From NCBI RefSeq assembly GCF_988242995.1, contig NZ_OZ547043.1: DNA of 64,000 bases; one strand, written 5' to 3'. The stretch's first letter is position 1. Every line of letters starts with the position of its first letter. Of the stretch, positions 22,265-33,226 are shown piece after piece. The notes under the pieces are model-generated. The model did not search any database. It was not told where the DNA came from and was given only the letters and a program-made list of their open reading frames with translations. A program made the position numbers and the translations under genes.

Positions 22265-23671
22265 ATGAAAAAATACCAGCAGCTTGCAGAACAATTACGC
22301 GAGCAGATTGCGTCGGGTATCTGGCAACCCGGAGATCGTTTGCCTTCGTTGCGTGACCAGGTGGCGCTTTCTGGCATGAGCTTTATGACTGTCAGCCATG
22401 CCTATCAGTTGCTCGAAAGTCAGGGATATATTATCGCGCGACCGCAGTCGGGTTATTACGTTGCGCCACAGGCAATAAAAATGCCGAAAGCGCCAGTCAT
22501 TTCAGTCACACGAGATGAAGCAGTCGATATCAACACCTATATTTTTGATATGTTGCAGGCCAGTCGTGATCCGTCGGTAGTTCCGTTTGCCTCGGCCTTT
22601 CCCGACCCGCGACTTTTCCCCCTCCAACAACTAAACCGCTCGCTGGCGCAGGTAAGCAAAACCGCCACGGCGATGAGCGTGATTGAAAACTTACCGCCAG
22701 GAAACGCAGAACTGCGTCAGGCTATTGCTCGTCGCTATGCCTTACAGGGCATCACTATTTCTCCTGATGAAATTGTCATTACCGCCGGGGCGTTAGAGGC
22801 ATTAAACCTCAGTTTACAAGCGGTAACGGAACCAGGCGATTGGGTGATAGTAGAGAATCCTTGTTTCTACGGCGCGTTGCAGGCGCTGGAGCGGTTACGG
22901 CTGAAGGCGTTATCGGTGGCGACGGATGTTAAAGAAGGGATCGATCTTCAGGCGCTGGAACTGGCGTTGCAGGAGTATCCGGTGAAAGCGTGCTGGCTGA
23001 TGACTAATAGCCAGAATCCACTCGGATTTACCTTAACGCCGCAAAAAAAAGCACAACTGGTGGCGTTGCTCAATCAGTACAACGTAACGCTGATTGAAGA
23101 TGACGTGTACAGCGAACTTTATTTTGGACGGGAAAAACCGCTGCCTGCGAAAGCGTGGGATCGCCACGATGGTGTTTTGCATTGCTCTTCGTTTTCGAAA
23201 TGTCTGGTGCCTGGTTTTCGTATTGGTTGGGTCGCCGCCGGAAAACATGCACGTAAAATTCAACGATTGCAGTTGATGAGTACGCTTTCCACCAGCTCAC
23301 CGATGCAGCTTGCGCTGGTGGATTACCTTTCCACGCGCCGATACGACGCCCATCTTCGTCGCCTGCGTCGCCAGCTTGCGGAACGTAAACAACGTGCCTG
23401 GCAGGCACTGCTGCGTTATCTGCCTGCGGAAGTGAAAATTCATCATAATGACAGCGGTTATTTTCTCTGGCTGGAACTCCCCGCGCCGTTAGATGCGGGC
23501 GAATTAAGCCTGGCGGCACTGACGCATCATATCAGTATTGCGCCGGGTAAAATGTTTTCTACCGGTGAAAACTGGTCACGTTTTTTTCGTTTTAATACCG
23601 CGTGGCAGTGGGGAGAACGTGAAGAACAGGCGGTAAAACAATTAGGCAAATTTATTCAAGAACGGCTGTAA
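22265..23671 (+). CDS. ydcR: MocR-family regulator (GntR HTH fused to PLP aminotransferase-like domain) YdcR
   Basis: 468 aa; N-terminal GntR-type HTH, C-terminal fold-type I aminotransferase domain. Confidence 0.9.
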   Translation: MKKYQQLAEQLREQIASGIWQPGDRLPSLRDQVALSGMSFMTVSHAYQLLESQGYIIARPQSGYYVAPQAIKMPKAPVISVTRDEAVDINTYIFDMLQASRDPSVVPFASAFPDPRLFPLQQLNRSLAQVSKTATAMSVIENLPPGNAELRQAIARRYALQGITISPDEIVITAGALEALNLSLQAVTEPGDWVIVENPCFYGALQALERLRLKALSVATDVKEGIDLQALELALQEYPVKACWLMTNSQNPLGFTLTPQKKAQLVALLNQYNVTLIEDDVYSELYFGREKPLPAKAWDRHDGVLHCSSFSKCLVPGFRIGWVAAGKHARKIQRLQLMSTLSTSSPMQLALVDYLSTRRYDAHLRRLRRQLAERKQRAWQALLRYLPAEVKIHHNDSGYFLWLELPAPLDAGELSLAALTHHISIAPGKMFSTGENWSRFFRFNTAWQWGEREEQAVKQLGKFIQERL

Positions 23672-23915
23672 TAGCGTTTAATTAAATTCCTCTCAGGTTG
23701 GGTAATATGAATTTCGAATAGCAGTCATATTTCCTAACTCCTTGTCTATACTCCAGAAGATAACCTTACAGACGGCATAATGCGCGGTAGCTCACAACCT
23801 GATTAAATTTTCTCAGGGGCGAAGGTGTGCCTGCAAGCCGCCGTCTATGGTTAAACAAGGAGATATTTTTACGGCACGGCGGCTGAACAATTAATTACGA
23901 CAGGAGTAAGACCTT

Positions 23916-25061
23916 ATGAGCAAGACATTTGCCCGCAGCAGCCTGTGTGCGCTCACCATGACAATAATCACCGCTCATGCCGCCGAACCGCCTACCAATT
24001 TAGATAAACCGGAAGGGCGACTGGATATTATCGCCTGGCCGGGATACATCGAACGCGGACAAACTGATAAACAATACGACTGGGTAACGCAATTCGAAAA
24101 AGAGACAGGCTGCGCGGTGAATGTGAAAACCGCCGCGACTTCCGATGAAATGGTCAGTCTGATGACCAAAGGGGGTTACGATCTGGTTACAGCATCCGGC
24201 GATGCCTCGCTGCGCCTGATTATGGGCAAACGCGTGCAGCCGATTAATACCGCATTGATTCCCAACTGGAAAACGCTCGATCCGCGCGTGGTTAAAGGCG
24301 ACTGGTTTAACGTTAGTGGCAAAGTTTATGGCACACCCTACCAATGGGGGCCGAACCTGTTGATGTACAACACTAAAACCTTCCCGACGCCGCCGGATAG
24401 CTGGCAAGTGGTCTTTGTTGAGCAGAATCTGCCGGACGGCAAGAGCAATAAAGGCCGCGTACAGGCCTATGATGGCCCTATCTACATTGCGGACGCTGCG
24501 TTGTTCGTTAAAGCCACTCAGCCGCAGTTGGGCATCAGCGATCCGTATCAACTCACCGAAGAACAGTACCAGGCGGTGCTGAAAGTGCTGCGCGATCAAC
24601 ACAGTTTGATCCATCGCTACTGGCATGACACGACCGTGCAAATGAGCGATTTCAAAAACGAGGGTGTGGTTGCTTCCAGTGCCTGGCCCTATCAGGCCAA
24701 CGCCCTGAAAGCCGAAGGCCAGCCTGTCGCTACCGTTTTCCCGAAAGAGGGCGTTACCGGTTGGGCTGACACCACCATGCTACATAGCGAAGCGAAACAT
24801 CCGGTTTGCGCCTACAAATGGATGAACTGGTCATTAACGCCAAAAGTGCAGGGCGATGTGGCGGCCTGGTTTGGCTCGTTACCAGTAGTGCCGGAAGGGT
24901 GTAAAGCCAGTCCGTTATTAGGCGAGAAAGGTTGTGAAACAAACGGTTTTAACTATTTCGATAAAATCGCCTTCTGGAAAACGCCTATAGCAGAAGGGGG
25001 CAAGTTTGTTCCCTACAGTCGCTGGACGCAGGATTACATTGCCATTATGGGCGGTCGCTAA
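23916..25061 (+). CDS. ydcS: ABC transporter periplasmic substrate-binding protein YdcS (polyamine-binding family)
   Basis: 381 aa with signal peptide; first gene of ydcSTUV-patD cluster. Confidence 0.9.
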   Translation: MSKTFARSSLCALTMTIITAHAAEPPTNLDKPEGRLDIIAWPGYIERGQTDKQYDWVTQFEKETGCAVNVKTAATSDEMVSLMTKGGYDLVTASGDASLRLIMGKRVQPINTALIPNWKTLDPRVVKGDWFNVSGKVYGTPYQWGPNLLMYNTKTFPTPPDSWQVVFVEQNLPDGKSNKGRVQAYDGPIYIADAALFVKATQPQLGISDPYQLTEEQYQAVLKVLRDQHSLIHRYWHDTTVQMSDFKNEGVVASSAWPYQANALKAEGQPVATVFPKEGVTGWADTTMLHSEAKHPVCAYKWMNWSLTPKVQGDVAAWFGSLPVVPEGCKASPLLGEKGCETNGFNYFDKIAFWKTPIAEGGKFVPYSRWTQDYIAIMGGR

Positions 25062-25078
25062 CTTCGCTGGGGTGTTTT

Positions 25079-26092
25079 ATGACGTACGCAGTGGAGTTTG
25101 ACAACGTCTCGCGGTTGTACGGTGACGTGCGCGCAGTAGATGGCGTCAGTATTGCGATAAAAGATGGTGAGTTCTTCTCTATGCTGGGGCCGTCCGGCTC
25201 CGGCAAAACCACCTGCCTGCGCCTGATTGCTGGCTTCGAACAGCTTTCCGGCGGGGCTATCTCTATCTTTGGTAAACCCGCCAGCAATCTGCCACCGTGG
25301 GAGCGGGACGTGAATACCGTCTTTCAGGACTACGCGCTATTTCCGCATATGTCGATTCTTGACAACGTGGCCTATGGGCTGATGGTCAAAGGCGTGAATA
25401 AAAAGCAGCGGCATGCGATGGCGCAAGAGGCGCTGGAGAAAGTGGCGTTGGGGTTTGTACAGCAACGTAAACCGTCACAACTTTCTGGTGGTCAGCGCCA
25501 ACGGGTTGCTATTGCCAGAGCACTGGTGAATGAACCGCGCGTATTGCTGTTGGATGAACCGCTCGGCGCACTGGATCTCAAATTGCGTGAGCAGATGCAA
25601 CTGGAACTAAAAAAGCTGCAACAGTCTCTCGGTATCACTTTTATCTTCGTTACCCACGATCAGGGCGAAGCGTTATCGATGTCTGATCGTGTTGCGGTTT
25701 TCAATAATGGACGCATTGAGCAGGTCGATTCCCCGCGCGATCTCTATATGCGCCCGCGCACGCCGTTTGTTGCCGGGTTCGTTGGTACATCGAATGTTTT
25801 TGATGGACTGATGGCAGAGAAACTTTGTGGCATGACGGGAAGCTTCGCCCTGCGACCGGAACATATCCGCCTCAACACCCCTGGTGAACTGCAGACCAAT
25901 GGCACGATCCAGGCGGTGCAATATCAGGGCGCGGCAACACGTTTTGAACTGAAATTGAACGGCGGTGAAAAACTGCTTGTGAGTCAGGCCAATATGACAG
26001 GCGAAGAACTGCCTGCCACGCTCACGCCCGGACAACAGGTGATGGTTTCCTGGTCGCGTGATGTGATGGTGCCGCTGGTTGAGGAGAGGTGA
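25079..26092 (+). CDS. ydcT: ABC transporter ATP-binding protein YdcT
   Basis: Walker A GPSGSGKTT, signature LSGGQRQRVAIARAL, Walker B LLLDEP. Confidence 0.9.
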   Translation: MTYAVEFDNVSRLYGDVRAVDGVSIAIKDGEFFSMLGPSGSGKTTCLRLIAGFEQLSGGAISIFGKPASNLPPWERDVNTVFQDYALFPHMSILDNVAYGLMVKGVNKKQRHAMAQEALEKVALGFVQQRKPSQLSGGQRQRVAIARALVNEPRVLLLDEPLGALDLKLREQMQLELKKLQQSLGITFIFVTHDQGEALSMSDRVAVFNNGRIEQVDSPRDLYMRPRTPFVAGFVGTSNVFDGLMAEKLCGMTGSFALRPEHIRLNTPGELQTNGTIQAVQYQGAATRFELKLNGGEKLLVSQANMTGEELPATLTPGQQVMVSWSRDVMVPLVEER

Positions 26093-27034
26093 ATGGCGAT
26101 GAATGTATTGCAATCACCTTCACGTCCAGGTCTGGGTAAGGTGTCCGGTTTCTTCTGGCGTAATCCGGGGCTGGGGCTGTTTTTACTGCTGCTTGGCCCG
26201 CTAATGTGGTTTGGCATTGTCTATTTCGGCTCGCTGCTGACACTGTTATGGCAGGGATTTTATACCTTTGACGATTTCACCATGTCGGTAACGCCGGAAC
26301 TGACGCTGGCGAATATCCGTGCGCTGTTTAATCCGGCGAATTACGACATCATTCTCCGCACGCTGACTATGGCTGTGGCAGTCACTATCGCCAGCGCCAT
26401 TCTGGCTTTTCCAATGGCGTGGTATATGGCGCGCTATACCAGCGGGAAAATGAAAGCGTTTTTTTATATTGCGGTAATGTTGCCGATGTGGGCGAGCTAC
26501 ATTGTTAAAGCCTATGCCTGGACGTTATTGCTGGCAAAAGATGGCGTGGCTCAGTGGTTTTTACAACATCTTGGGCTGGAACCACTGCTGACTGCGTTCC
26601 TTACATTACCTGCGGTGGGCGGCAATACGCTGTCAACTTCCGGGCTGGGGCGCTTTCTGGTGTTTCTCTATATCTGGCTGCCGTTCATGATCCTGCCCGT
26701 GCAGGCGGCGCTTGAGCGTTTGCCGCCGTCATTGTTGCAGGCGTCGGCTGATCTTGGCGCGCGTCCACGGCAAACCTTTCGCTATGTGGTGCTGCCGCTG
26801 GCAATCCCTGGTATTGCCGCTGGCTCTATCTTTACCTTTTCACTCACACTGGGCGATTTTATTGTTCCGCAGCTGGTTGGCCCTCCAGGATATTTTATCG
26901 GCAATATGGTTTATTCCCAGCAGGGAGCGATTGGCAATATGCCGATGGCGGCGGCATTCACCCTGGTGCCGATTGTTCTCATCGCACTGTACCTGGCGTT
27001 CGTGAAACGTCTGGGAGCGTTCGATGCACTCTGA
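26093..27034 (+). CDS. ydcU: ABC transporter permease YdcU
   Basis: 313 aa polytopic membrane protein; translationally coupled to ydcT (TGAATGG junction). Confidence 0.9.
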   Translation: MAMNVLQSPSRPGLGKVSGFFWRNPGLGLFLLLLGPLMWFGIVYFGSLLTLLWQGFYTFDDFTMSVTPELTLANIRALFNPANYDIILRTLTMAVAVTIASAILAFPMAWYMARYTSGKMKAFFYIAVMLPMWASYIVKAYAWTLLLAKDGVAQWFLQHLGLEPLLTAFLTLPAVGGNTLSTSGLGRFLVFLYIWLPFMILPVQAALERLPPSLLQASADLGARPRQTFRYVVLPLAIPGIAAGSIFTFSLTLGDFIVPQLVGPPGYFIGNMVYSQQGAIGNMPMAAAFTLVPIVLIALYLAFVKRLGAFDAL

Positions 27035-27818
27035 ACGCGCACCGTTTTTCCTCAAACTGGCGGCCTGGGGCGGCGTGGTTTTCCTACATTTTCCCATCCT
27101 GATTATCGCCGCCTATGCGTTTAACACTGAAGATGCGGCGTTTAGTTTTCCACCGCAGGGCCTGACGCTGCGCTGGTTTAGCGTGGCAGCACAGCGTAGT
27201 GATATTCTTGATGCCGTGACACTGTCACTTAAAGTGGCGGCGCTGGCGACATTAATGGCGCTGGTGTTAGGGACGCTGGCCGCTGCCGCGCTGTGGCGAC
27301 GAGACTTTTTCGGCAAAAACGCCATTTCGCTGTTACTGCTGCTGCCCATTGCGCTGCCGGGCATTGTCACTGGTCTGGCGTTGTTAACCGCCTTTAAAAC
27401 CATCAATCTGGAGCCGGGATTTTTCACCATCGTGGTCGGTCATGCGACTTTTTGTGTAGTTGTGGTGTTTAACAATGTCATCGCCCGTTTTCGCCGCACC
27501 TCGTGGAGTCTGGTTGAGGCGTCAATGGATCTTGGGGCCAATGGCTGGCAAACCTTCCGCTACGTAGTGTTGCCGAATCTCAGTTCGGCGTTACTGGCAG
27601 GAGGAATGCTGGCGTTTGCCTTGTCGTTCGATGAAATCATCGTGACGACCTTTACGGCAGGTCATGAACGAACGTTACCGTTGTGGTTGCTCAATCAGCT
27701 TGGGCGACCGCGTGATGTACCGGTAACCAACGTGGTGGCACTGCTGGTTATGTTGGTAACAACCTTGCCGATCCTGGGGGCCTGGTGGCTAACCCGCGAA
27801 GGCGACAATGGTCAATAA
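27024..27818 (+). CDS. ydcV: ABC transporter permease YdcV
   Basis: 264 aa polytopic membrane protein overlapping ydcU end. Confidence 0.9.
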   Translation: MHSERAPFFLKLAAWGGVVFLHFPILIIAAYAFNTEDAAFSFPPQGLTLRWFSVAAQRSDILDAVTLSLKVAALATLMALVLGTLAAAALWRRDFFGKNAISLLLLLPIALPGIVTGLALLTAFKTINLEPGFFTIVVGHATFCVVVVFNNVIARFRRTSWSLVEASMDLGANGWQTFRYVVLPNLSSALLAGGMLAFALSFDEIIVTTFTAGHERTLPLWLLNQLGRPRDVPVTNVVALLVMLVTTLPILGAWWLTREGDNGQ

Positions 27819-27839
27819 CCACTGATACAGGAATATGCT

Positions 27840-29264
27840 ATGCAACATAAGTTACTGATTAACGGAGAACTGGTTAGCGGCGAAGGGGAAAAACAGCCTG
27901 TCTATAATCCGGCAACGGGGGACGTTTTACTGGAGATTGCCGAGGCATCCGCAGAGCAGGTCGATGCTGCTGTGCGCGCGGCAGATGCAGCATTTGCCGA
28001 ATGGGGGCAAACCACGCCGAAAGTGCGTGCGGAATGTCTGCTGAAACTGGCTGATGTTATCGAAGAAAATGGTCAGGTTTTTGCCGAACTGGAGTCCCGT
28101 AATTGTGGCAAACCGCTGCATAGTGCGTTCAATGATGAAATCCCGGCGATTGTCGATGTTTTTCGCTTTTTCGCTGGTGCGGCGCGCTGTCTGAATGGTC
28201 TGGCGGCAGGTGAATATCTTGAAGGTCATACTTCGATGATCCGTCGCGATCCGTTGGGGGTCGTGGCTTCGATCGCACCGTGGAATTATCCGCTGATGAT
28301 GGCCGCGTGGAAACTGGCTCCGGCGCTGGCGGCAGGGAACTGTGTAGTGCTTAAACCATCAGAAATTACCCCGCTGACCGCGTTGAAGTTGGCAGAGCTG
28401 GCGAAAGATATCTTCCCGGCAGGCGTGATTAACGTACTGTTTGGCAGAGGCAAAACGGTGGGCGATCCGCTGACCGGTCATCCCAAAGTGCGGATGGTGT
28501 CGCTGACGGGCTCTATCGCCACCGGCGAGCACATCATCAGCCATACCGCGCCGTCCATAAAGCGTACTCATATGGAACTTGGTGGCAAAGCGCCAGTGAT
28601 AGTTTTTGATGATGCGGATATTGAAGCGGTGGTCGAAGGTGTACGTACTTTTGGCTATTACAATGCCGGACAGGATTGTACAGCGGCTTGTCGGATCTAT
28701 GCGCAAAAAGGCATTTACGATACGCTGGTGGAAAAACTTGGTGCTGCAGTGGCAACGTTAAAATCGGGTGCGCCGGATGACGACTCTACGGAGCTTGGAC
28801 CTTTAAGTTCGCTGGCGCATCTCGAACGCGTCAGCAAGGCGGTAGAAGAGGCGAAAGCGACAGGGCACATCAAAGTGATCACTGGCGGTGAAAAGCGCAA
28901 GGGTAATGGCTATTACTATGCGCCGACGCTACTGGCTGGCGCATTACAGGACGATGCCATCGTGCAAAAAGAGGTATTTGGTCCAGTAGTGAGTGTTACG
29001 CTCTTCGACAATGAAGAACAGGTGGTAAACTGGGCAAATGACAGCCAGTATGGACTTGCATCCTCGGTATGGACGAAAGATGTGGGCAGGGCGCATCGCG
29101 TCAGCGCGCGGCTGCAATATGGTTGTACCTGGGTCAATACCCATTTCATGCTGGTAAGTGAAATGCCGCACGGTGGGCAGAAACTTTCTGGTTACGGCAA
29201 GGATATGTCACTTTATGGGCTGGAGGATTACACCGTCGTCCGCCACGTCATGGTTAAACATTAA
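27840..29264 (+). CDS. patD: gamma-aminobutyraldehyde dehydrogenase
   Basis: 474 aa aldehyde dehydrogenase (ELGGKAP, Cys active-site region); recognised as PatD/YdcW. Confidence 0.95.
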   Translation: MQHKLLINGELVSGEGEKQPVYNPATGDVLLEIAEASAEQVDAAVRAADAAFAEWGQTTPKVRAECLLKLADVIEENGQVFAELESRNCGKPLHSAFNDEIPAIVDVFRFFAGAARCLNGLAAGEYLEGHTSMIRRDPLGVVASIAPWNYPLMMAAWKLAPALAAGNCVVLKPSEITPLTALKLAELAKDIFPAGVINVLFGRGKTVGDPLTGHPKVRMVSLTGSIATGEHIISHTAPSIKRTHMELGGKAPVIVFDDADIEAVVEGVRTFGYYNAGQDCTAACRIYAQKGIYDTLVEKLGAAVATLKSGAPDDDSTELGPLSSLAHLERVSKAVEEAKATGHIKVITGGEKRKGNGYYYAPTLLAGALQDDAIVQKEVFGPVVSVTLFDNEEQVVNWANDSQYGLASSVWTKDVGRAHRVSARLQYGCTWVNTHFMLVSEMPHGGQKLSGYGKDMSLYGLEDYTVVRHVMVKH

Positions 29265-29303
29265 GGATAATATTGCAGATCGTAAGAGTATGAGAAGATC
29301 TTG

Positions 29304-29338
29304 CGTACTGTCAGAGCACTGATTTCTCTGACAGTACG
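29304..29338. terminator. bidirectional terminator between patD and yncL
   Basis: 13-bp inverted repeat CGTACTGTCAGAG...CTCTGACAGTACG. Confidence 0.6.
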
Positions 29339-29360
29339 TGCTGCGTGCAAAATCACTACA

Positions 29361-29456
29361 TCAAATAAACCAGCCAAATCTCATAGAGATAAGAGTAAAC
29401 AAACTAACAGCAGCAAAGACATTTATCAGTACTACAGTTCTACTGGAAACATTCAT
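29361..29456 (-). CDS. yncL: small membrane protein YncL (31 aa)
   Basis: minus-strand frame MNVSSRTVVLINVFAAVSLFTLISMRFGWFI; single TM; below ORF-track cutoff. Confidence 0.7.
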   Translation of the reverse strand: MNVSSRTVVLINVFAAVSLFTLISMRFGWFI

Positions 29457-29651
29457 TTTTGCCACCTTTTATCATTGCCCCTATGTGTATAGTACGGGTT
29501 AAGAAAATCCGCAATAATACTCATTCTGAAGATGGATAAGGGCAAGTTGCTGTTTGATGTTTTTTTCTCAAACCGGTTAAAAAACTTGATGTACGTCAAA
29601 AAAATGACGCATATTTGCGCGCGTTTTATTCATCTGGCTGGACGCCCGTAC

Positions 29652-29825
29652 ATGTCTCTCTATCAACATATGCTTGTTTTTTATGCGGTTATGGCAGCAA
29701 TCTCATTTCTTATCACCTGGTTTCTTTCTCACGATAAGAAACGCATCCGTTTCTTAAGCGCCTTTCTGGTGGGGGCAACATGGCCGATGAGTTTCCCGGT
29801 GGCGCTGTTGTTTTCACTGTTTTAA
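29652..29825 (+). CDS. ortT: orphan toxin OrtT (YdcX), GhoT-like small membrane toxin
   Basis: 57 aa from internal Met of the 97-aa track ORF: MSLYQHMLVFYAVMAAISFLITWFLSHDKKRIRFLSAFLVGATWPMSFPVALLFSLF. Confidence 0.8.
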   Translation: MSLYQHMLVFYAVMAAISFLITWFLSHDKKRIRFLSAFLVGATWPMSFPVALLFSLF

Positions 29826-29910
29826 ATCTTACTCACTGGCTTGACGGCACCACGCAGACTTATATCATTTGGATGAATCGATAAATTTCACAAGTGGCTA
29901 AGGAGAAAGT

Positions 29911-30144
29911 ATGTCGCATCTGGATGAAGTCATCGCGCGCGTGGATGCCGCGATTGAAGAGAGCGTCATTGCCCATATGAACGAATTATTAATCGCCCTG
30001 AGCGATGATGCGGAGTTAAGTCGGGAAGAACGCTATACCCAGCAGCAGCGTCTGCGCACAGCGATCGCCCATCACGGTCGCAAACATAAAGAAGATATGG
30101 AAGCGCGCCATGAACAGTTAACCAAAGGCGGCACCATCCTCTGA
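29911..30144 (+). CDS. ydcY: DUF2526 protein YdcY
   Basis: 77 aa, recognised as YdcY. Confidence 0.85.
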   Translation: MSHLDEVIARVDAAIEESVIAHMNELLIALSDDAELSREERYTQQQRLRTAIAHHGRKHKEDMEARHEQLTKGGTIL

Positions 30145-30594
30145 TTAAAATGAGCGTCTGGCCACCAGCCAGGCGCCAACCACAAGTAAAATTGCGCCAC
30201 AAATTGGGCCGATCAACGCTCGTAGTGGTACGCCATGGCTGCGGAAGATATCCAGCACCAGACCGCCAATCAGCTGGCTGGCGACCAGTACCGCAATAGT
30301 TGTCGCCGCTCCCACATTCTGATATCCGCTGATACTGGCGAAGACAAAAAACGATCCCAGCAAGCCAGGTATAAGTGTCCACCAGCGCACGCTGGACACC
30401 AGTTCACCAAACCCCTCCATACCTTGTTTAAACCACAAAATAGAAACGAACAGCACAATTCCTACCAAAGAGTTCAGCAACATGGCGATGAGAATGGTAG
30501 AGGAGCTCTGGGTGATGCGCACCATCAGCGTGTTTTGCACCACCAGACCAATTCCGGCGGCAATCAAAAAAGCAAGGGTAAGCGACTGATTCAT
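30145..30594 (-). CDS. ydcZ: DMT-superfamily-like inner membrane protein YdcZ
   Basis: 149 aa, four predicted TM segments. Confidence 0.85.
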   Translation of the reverse strand: MNQSLTLAFLIAAGIGLVVQNTLMVRITQSSSTILIAMLLNSLVGIVLFVSILWFKQGMEGFGELVSSVRWWTLIPGLLGSFFVFASISGYQNVGAATTIAVLVASQLIGGLVLDIFRSHGVPLRALIGPICGAILLVVGAWLVARRSF

Positions 30595-31109
30595 CCAATC
30601 GCGTCCGGTTCAGTGCGCTCGTCGAGTTGCAACTGCATAAATGTCAGATCCAGCCAACGACCAAATTTAGTGCCTACCTGCGGCATTTGTGCGGTGACGA
30701 CAAATCCCAGCGACTGGTGCAGATGCAGCGAGGCCTGATTTTGCGATTCGATCCCGGCGACCATGACATGCTTCCCGCAATCCCGCGCTTCATCAATCAA
30801 TCGGCTTAACAATTTACGCCCCAGACCTTTCCCCTGATGATCGGGATGGACATAAACCGAATGTTCCACGGTATGGCGAAAACCATCAAAACTACGCCAG
30901 TCGCCAAACGAGGCATATCCCGTCACTACGCCGTTTTCCTCGCTCACCAGCACTGGATAACCTGCTAAAGTCCGCGCTTCGAACCAGGCAATGCGGTTAT
31001 CTGCATCCACCGTTTGGTCATTCCAGATAGCCGCCGTATACAACACGGCGTGGTTATAAATTTCCGCAATGGCAGCACAGTCGGCTTTGCGGGCAAAACG
31101 GATGGACAT
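30591..31109 (-). CDS. mnaT: GNAT L-amino acid N-acyltransferase MnaT (YncA)
   Basis: 172 aa GNAT motifs (QGKGLGRKLL); overlaps ydcZ start. Confidence 0.9.
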   Translation of the reverse strand: MSIRFARKADCAAIAEIYNHAVLYTAAIWNDQTVDADNRIAWFEARTLAGYPVLVSEENGVVTGYASFGDWRSFDGFRHTVEHSVYVHPDHQGKGLGRKLLSRLIDEARDCGKHVMVAGIESQNQASLHLHQSLGFVVTAQMPQVGTKFGRWLDLTFMQLQLDERTEPDAIG

Positions 31110-31289
31110 GTTTGGCCTCGATTAAATAATGATGATGACGTTATCAATACTATCGAAAACAGCCCGAAGCAACGGATTCCTCGATGAAATTATTGCGTGT
31201 TGCAGAGGGGATGTGACGGCTGCAAACAAAACCATTCCTGCGAGCCTGCTACTATTGATGGATTCATGCCAAAAGCACAGGAGAGCATT

Positions 31290-32327
31290 ATGGGGCAACA
31301 AAAGCAGCGTAATCGACGTTGGGTTCTGGCCTCGCGTCCGCATGGCGCGCCGGTTCCGGAGAACTTTCGTCTTGAAGAAGATGATGTCGCCACACCGAGT
31401 GAAGGACAGGTGTTACTGCGCACAGTTTATTTGTCCCTGGACCCGTATATGCGTGGACGTATGAGCGATGAGCCATCTTATTCACCGCCTGTTGATATTG
31501 GCGGCGTGATGGTCGGCGGTACGGTGAGCCGTGTCGTGGAGTCGAATCATCCTGATTATCAGCCTGGCGACTGGGTGCTGGGCTACAGTGGATGGCAGGA
31601 CTATGACATATCCAGTGGTGATGAACTGGTGAAACTTGGCGATCATCCGCAAAATCCATCGTGGTCGCTGGGTGTGCTGGGGATGCCAGGCTTTACCGCT
31701 TATATGGGGCTGCTGGATATCGGTCAGCCCAAAGAGGGCGAAACATTGGTTGTTGCTGCGGCGACAGGTCCTGTGGGGGCGACGGTGGGTCAAATCGGCA
31801 AACTTAAAGGTTGCAGGGTGGTGGGGGTGGCCGGTGGCGCGGAAAAATGCCGCCATGCTACCGAGGTGTTAGGTTTTGATGTTTGCCTTGATCACCATGC
31901 GGATGATTTTGCCGAACAACTGACGAAAGCGTGCCCAAAAGGTATTGATATCTATTATGAAAACGTGGGCGGTAAGGTATTTGATGCGGTGCTACCGTTA
32001 CTTAATACATCTGCGCGCATTCCCGTCTGCGGCTTAGTGAGCAGCTATAACGCTACAGAGCTACCACCCGGTCCGGATCGTTTACCTCTGCTGATGGCTA
32101 CGGTGCTGAAAAAACGTATTCGCTTGCAAGGATTTATTATCGCTCAGGATTATGGTCACCGCATCCATGAGTTTCAGAAGGAGATGGGGCAATGGGTGAA
32201 AGAGGATAAAATCCACTACCGCGAAGAAATTACTGACGGTTTAGAGAATGCGCCACAGACATTTATCGGCCTGCTGAAGGGTAAAAACTTCGGCAAAGTG
32301 GTGATCCGCGTGGCGGGTGATGATTAA
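31290..32327 (+). CDS. curA: NADPH-dependent curcumin/dihydrocurcumin reductase (MDR family)
   Basis: native start at internal Met (MGQQKQRNRRWVLASRPHG..., 345 aa); NAD(P)-binding AATGPVGATVGQ. Confidence 0.9.
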   Translation: MGQQKQRNRRWVLASRPHGAPVPENFRLEEDDVATPSEGQVLLRTVYLSLDPYMRGRMSDEPSYSPPVDIGGVMVGGTVSRVVESNHPDYQPGDWVLGYSGWQDYDISSGDELVKLGDHPQNPSWSLGVLGMPGFTAYMGLLDIGQPKEGETLVVAAATGPVGATVGQIGKLKGCRVVGVAGGAEKCRHATEVLGFDVCLDHHADDFAEQLTKACPKGIDIYYENVGGKVFDAVLPLLNTSARIPVCGLVSSYNATELPPGPDRLPLLMATVLKKRIRLQGFIIAQDYGHRIHEFQKEMGQWVKEDKIHYREEITDGLENAPQTFIGLLKGKNFGKVVIRVAGDD

Positions 32328-32525
32328 AGATACGACGGCGGCGTAAAGCCGCCATAAAAATCCAGGCAAAAATCTTATTTCCAGCTTTAATTAACTTATC
32401 ACTTCTCTGTTCTGTAGCTAATAACAATAAAGGTGAGTGGATAATGATTATTCAGCTTCATACGCCAGGTAAACGACTTCTGCTATGCTGGCAGAGTTGG
32501 AACGAAAACGCCTAAAGGAAATAAC

Positions 32526-33191
32526 ATGCCTGGAACGGAAAAAATACCGCATATCAGTTTAACTATGAAGGTTGAGAACGACCTGAAACATCAGCTTAGT
32601 ATTGGCGCACTAAAACCTGGCGTACGCCTGATTACTAAAAATCTGGCGGAGCAATTAGGTATGAGTATTACACCCGTGCGTGAAGCATTATTACGTCTGG
32701 TTTCGGTGAATGCGCTTTCTGTCGCACCAGCGCAAGCATTTACAGTTCCGGAAGTGGGGAAACGTCAATTAGACGAAATCAATCGGATCCGCTACGAGCT
32801 GGAATTAATGGCAGTTACTCTGGCTGTTGAAAACCTCACCCCGCAAGACCTGGCGGAACTCGAGGAATTGCTCGAGAAATTACAGCAGGCGCAAGAAAAG
32901 GGCGACATGGAACAAATCATTAATGCGAACAGGCTATTTCGCTTAGCGATTTATCATCGTTCAAATATGCCCATCCTGTGTGAGATGATTGAGCAACTGT
33001 GGGTCAGGATGGGACCTGGTTTACATTATCTCTATGAAGCGATTAATCCAGCGGAATTACGGGAGCGTATAGAAAACTATCGTCTATTACTCGCCGCGTT
33101 AAAAGCAAAAGACAAAGAGGGATGCAGGCATTGTCTTGCTGAAATTATGCAACAAAATATTGCTATTTTATACCAGCAATACAATCGTTAA
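32526..33191 (+). CDS. mcbR: GntR/FadR-family transcriptional regulator McbR (YncC)
   Basis: 221 aa with N-terminal GntR HTH. Confidence 0.9.
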   Translation: MPGTEKIPHISLTMKVENDLKHQLSIGALKPGVRLITKNLAEQLGMSITPVREALLRLVSVNALSVAPAQAFTVPEVGKRQLDEINRIRYELELMAVTLAVENLTPQDLAELEELLEKLQQAQEKGDMEQIINANRLFRLAIYHRSNMPILCEMIEQLWVRMGPGLHYLYEAINPAELRERIENYRLLLAALKAKDKEGCRHCLAEIMQQNIAILYQQYNR

Positions 33192-33196
33192 ATTAA

Positions 33197-33218
33197 ATGC
33201 CCGGCAAATACCGGGCAT
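33197..33218. terminator. bidirectional terminator between convergent mcbR and yncD
   Basis: hairpin ATGCCCGG-CAAATA-CCGGGCAT. Confidence 0.6.
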
Positions 33219-33226
33219 CAAGGTAA